NCBI GenBank assembly: GCA_054600435.1
Contig: BAAIJX010000054.1
Location: forward strand, 1-64,000
DNA: 64,000 nucleotides
Direction of reading: 5' to 3'
Origin: Neophaeotheca triangularis
Lineage: Eukaryota
Under the pieces are notes generated by a model. It saw only the letters and a program-made list of their open reading frames with translations, made no database searches and was not told the origin of the DNA. The position numbers and the translations under genes were made by a program. Below, in pieces: positions 59,696 through 64,000 of the stretch (within the stretch, counting starts at the first letter, position 1; each line of letters begins with the position of its first letter).

Positions 59696-62600
59696 TGTTG
59701 CTGTCGTTTGGGACGACGACGACGACGGCGACTACTGATGAGCTGCAGCAGTGTGCGTGGTGTGTTTCGGTCGGCGGAGACGGTAGTGTGTAGGAAGTAG
59801 CAGTAGTCGGGTATAGGTACAGTAGCAAAAAGTGTGTTCTGTCGGCAGACGTGGACTTGTTCGCGCCGCAACGGTTCAACGAGGTGTAGGCTACTGCACA
59901 GCCAGTACAAGGCGCAGGAATAGCGTATGTCGGTGTTAGTCTTGTTATTCGTCGACGAGCCGCCTGCGGTCCAAGTTTCTCACTACTCGTGGGCCGTGGC
60001 GGGCGAGAGACGGAGAGAGTAATGGGTCGACGACGACGGATAGTGGAGGCGGCGGCGGTGGTGTTGGTGGTGATGGTCGGGTTGACGTCTAGTCGTAGTA
60101 GTTGGGAGGGGGGGTGGTCCACGACGAATAAGAGGAGAGGATAGGGCAAAGAGGTGCTTCTATTCTCACACTACTCTCACACTCTCATCAGGCTTTCCAA
60201 AGGGTAAAAGTAAGTTGGCTTCAGACTCGCGTAGTGTCGAGTGTATCGTCGTCGGCGGGTCCGAGCAGGCAGGTAGAACGGGTAGGTGGTGAATAGTGGA
60301 GTAGAAGGAGAGGAGAGGAGACTGAGGCGGACAAGGTAGGTAAGCTCGTAAGGTAGGTACCTTAGGTGGTGGTAGTGGAGGTGGTGCGGCTGCGTGCGCC
60401 CGCTGTCGTCACACCAGGCAGCGATGAGTGAATTCCAATCAAATGCAATCGCTAAAGTCCAACGCGCTTGCCTTGTCCCTGGCTTATGTCCACTGTTCAG
60501 GAGTCCAGGAGAGGACTACTAGGTGGTACTACTGCTACTACTACTACTACCACCACCCTCACCACTCACAACAGTAGGTAAGGTCGTAGTAGTAAGTAGT
60601 AAGTAACACTCGCGCGGGGGGGGGGGGGGGGGTCAATAAGGTTATTGTTGTTATTATTCGCGCAAAGGCTGGCGAATCCGCGAGCGTGGTAAGTTTTCGG
60701 ACTTCTGTCAGAGGGCAAGGAATCGAGACGGGCAAACGTTTGTATTGCTTTGGCGACGATAGCTCACTACTGGCTCCCACTCGACCCGACTGACGCGCTG
60801 GTGCCAAAGTCAAATCCCATCAAACATTCGGTATCTGACGGGAAGTCGTGATGAAGGCGTGAGAGTTGAGATGCTGCCACGAGTGTGGAAACCAATAGGA
60901 AAATGTTTGTTGGGATCCTTTGAACAATGAGCGCAAGAGGCACAGAAGTAATAGTAATAGTAGTAGTAGTAGTATTCAGTAGTATTCATGGTCCCCTTCC
61001 CCATCAATTTCGACGACCTCATACGCGAGCCAACAAGGCGTGAGGGCTGAATTGACAAACACCGGACCCGCCTGGTCAAGTACCCCCCTGGTCAAGTACC
61101 CCCCTAAACATCCCCCCCATGCGGCGATCAGTTCGTTGCGTTTGCGCCTCGAGGAAACGCTGGTGTGAATGGGAGAGACGAACGAGGGTCCGTCGACAGA
61201 TTAATCACATTAAGCGAGGTAACTTAATAGATTCGATGTCGGAGACATGTTCGTTCACCTACCTGCACCAGCTGGCATCGTCGACCTTCAACTGGATTAG
61301 TTTGTAGTGCCCGATTACATTAACTCATTAACCTTTGAAATTGAATTTCGACAATCTCACAACCTAATCCCATGACAACAAACACGCCGAGTCTGACCCA
61401 TCGAGCTCGCTTCTTCCTACTCGAAAACAAACCCTCTTTCCTTTTACCTTTTCACTTTCTGCCCCCAGATGACAAAACAAGTCCTAAACCCTAGCGTGAG
61501 GGAGTGGTGCGACAAGCAAAGTGATCCCTGTCCATCCAATCAAAACCAGACATGGCCTCGCTCGACAAGTCACAAGAGCCTGCTGCTGAAACAATATTGA
61601 GACGCCGATCCGGATCTGCTGCAAGTCAGCCCTTTCTTTTCCTACTTATTATTACTACCTAGGTAGGAGGTACTGTTGTCTCGCTCTCGGTATCCCCGTA
61701 CTCTTCTATCCCATAATAAACAGTCGCGGTTAAGTACCTACTTAGTGCTGGTCTACTACCACATGCGGCATGATGCGGGTGATGACAACCATATCATTAT
61801 TGCCTTCTTCACGCAAAACAATGTGTATAGACCAACCTTGGAAGTCTACTACTATCCGTGGTATCAGACGACAGTCAGAGACGAATCCATCTAGTAGTCT
61901 CACCGCTATACAGCCCAACCTTGCCTCAGTACCTACAGTACTTCCCGTAACACAGCATGTTTTGCAATAGATATTGAACCCGCCGCACTCATACATGTAC
62001 ATGTATATGTACCTACTGTAGCCTTTTCGTTCTTGTTATTACAAGTGGAGCATGCCCAATCCCATTATCTCGTCGCGACAAACTTCATTAAGCCCCGCCT
62101 CGCTACCAGACTTCCAATTGTTGCACTTCTTCACGATGGAAAAGGCAGGCTTGCACGCGACTCCACCATCTTCTACACAAAACGCTAGACTAATCATCAC
62201 CTCACCTCACCTCACCTCACGCGACAAGACTCTGAGATGAAAAGGCTCGTGCCCATTGCCGTTGGTGGTCATTCCATCTTGCCGAATGCCGGAGTCCATC
62301 TCGTCGAGCTGTATGTGTCTAGTGACTGGTGTTCTGGCCATGAGAAAGAATCCTCCGTGATACACTTGTTCTTCTTCCCCGTCTTCGGTCGGCTGCTACC
62401 TTACCCTTTAACAACACCTCGTCGAACCATGGCCTTGGAAAGAAATCACCCACAAGTACTAGGCACTCAATAACAACAAAGAACCCCCTCCATCCCATGT
62501 ACGCATCGACGCAACAACAACCTGGAATCCTTACACTCAGACTCAGTTACCGTTTCTAAAAGTAGCCTACACCACTCTCCAAGCAAAACCCACCCGACTG

Positions 62601-64000
62601 TCCCCATACACACCCCTCACCCAAGATACCAAAACCTGCACCTCCCAACAACACAAATCCCTCCCAAAACCAAGAAAGAAGAATAAACTCTCCACCCCAT
62701 TCCACAAACTCCAAGCCAACCACAAAACACACAAATCTCCTCCTTCACACGAAGCCCTCCGTCCCCACCATCATTTGCCCGTGAGCACCAAAAAAAAAAA
62801 AAAAAGGCCCCCAAACTTTCACTTCATCACTTTACACGACAAAGCATATGCACGCCAGTCACGCAATTGCCAGATCTCCTCTTAAAAAAATAATCTTATA
62901 TACCACCAACTAACAAAATTATTTTAGTCACGGTAGTTAGCGAGGTTAGCAATCCCCTTTTAAACTTCAGTCTTCGGGCTTTTCGGAGTCGGAGCAGTAG
63001 TAGTAGCAACTTTTAGTACCTAGACATCAGTCGCAAAAGCGGAGCTGGGAATTTTAGGGTTTCGTGTGGTTTTGAACTCTGCTCCGTTCTTTTTACTACC
63101 TAGGTAGTGGGGGGAGTTTGGGAAGTGTCGATCCTGCTCGGATGGGGATTTGGAGGTTGTGGATGTTCGTGGAAGAGGATGGGTTATTAGTTATCGAGGG
63201 AGGGAGAGAGAGAGGTGACGAAGGCGAATAAGGGGGGCGATTATTGAGTAGGTAGGTACCTTTCTTTCCCTTTGGCTCTTCGATCGCCTGTATAATTACT
63301 TCTTTTTCCTGCTCGGCTCGTCAAAGACTTATCTTTTGCAGCCGTGCTGGGCCTATGATGTGGCCTCATTGTGTTTGATGCCCAACCGAAACCTGTCTAG
63401 TATCTACTTTTCGCGTACATAGTACCTGGAGTATTCCAGGAAAAAAAAAAAAAAAAAAGAAACACCCCCGGGGTATCGCAAGCCCTGCTAGGATCCTTAT
63501 CTCTCAATCAAGAAACTTTCTTTCCACCTCTGTCCCAGTCCCCTTCCCATCATTCAACCAAGCCGCCTTTCAATCAAGCCGCAAGCCAAGGTCAGAGAGA
63601 ATAATTCAGCGCCCCCTTGGATCCACCCCTGAGGTACCGTCATCGCTCTACTAGGGAAATGCTTGGTGCAAGGACGACGCGAGCGGTGGCGGCGGCATCA
63701 TCATATTGCCATTTAGCCGTCTCCAAGCCTCGCTGTTGCTGGGGATGAGGATGCTTGTGCCTGGCTGCGCTTCGTCGGTGATGTTGGGTTGGGATGGGAC
63801 TGTCGAGGGCTACGAGGATGGATGGGCTCGGTGCAGTTTTGCCGGTTTGAGGGGGGAAAGAATGGTTTTATTCTGGATTTTTCCAAATACGAGACGGGGC
63901 GCATGTGTGCTTCGGCCGAGTCGGTGGCGTGGCTGGGAAGAGGTGTCGAGGGCGAGTGGACATGGTTTCTTTTCTTTGCTTCTTGCGGATCGAGAGCCTT

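Noticed and set aside
60150..64000. Short ORFs, (CTA)n/(TAG)n tracts, a G-run, TACCTAGGTA palindromes and a 17-bp duplication near 61070
   Set aside because: These are typical of fungal intergenic DNA, with no coding or RNA-gene signature.

Overview
Intron-containing filamentous ascomycete DNA with GT...CTRAC...YAG introns. Gene content and RIP signatures suggest a Dothideomycete, but this is inference. About 21 host genes are readable: NDUFA8-type complex I subunit, Nup57/54, COX5, two MFS transporters, a PTH11-like membrane protein, a DUF3253-like protein, CYC2, a cupin, an amino-acid permease, a secreted alpha/beta hydrolase, CHS7, a dynamin-like GTPase, a Rab2/4-type GTPase, LOG, a HemK/MTQ1 methyltransferase, two paralogous secreted proteins, a GH51 arabinofuranosidase, a chromodomain-CCCH protein and a possible Dig1-like protein. 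The standout is a structurally complete, RIP-inactivated ~10.4 kb non-canonical Helitron (Helitron2/Helentron-type) at ~13170-23530. It has asymmetric terminal inverted repeats, hairpins and a frameshift-free ~2200-aa Rep/Pif1 reading frame. A second ORF carries a Zn(II)2Cys6-like motif. Arrays of a 9-bp motif (ACTCCGTCT) with mostly 21-22-bp spacing sit in inverted orientation at the two ends and between the ORFs. The element ends about 90 bp upstream of a drug-efflux-type MFS gene. All calls come from reading motifs by eye; no database searches were run.
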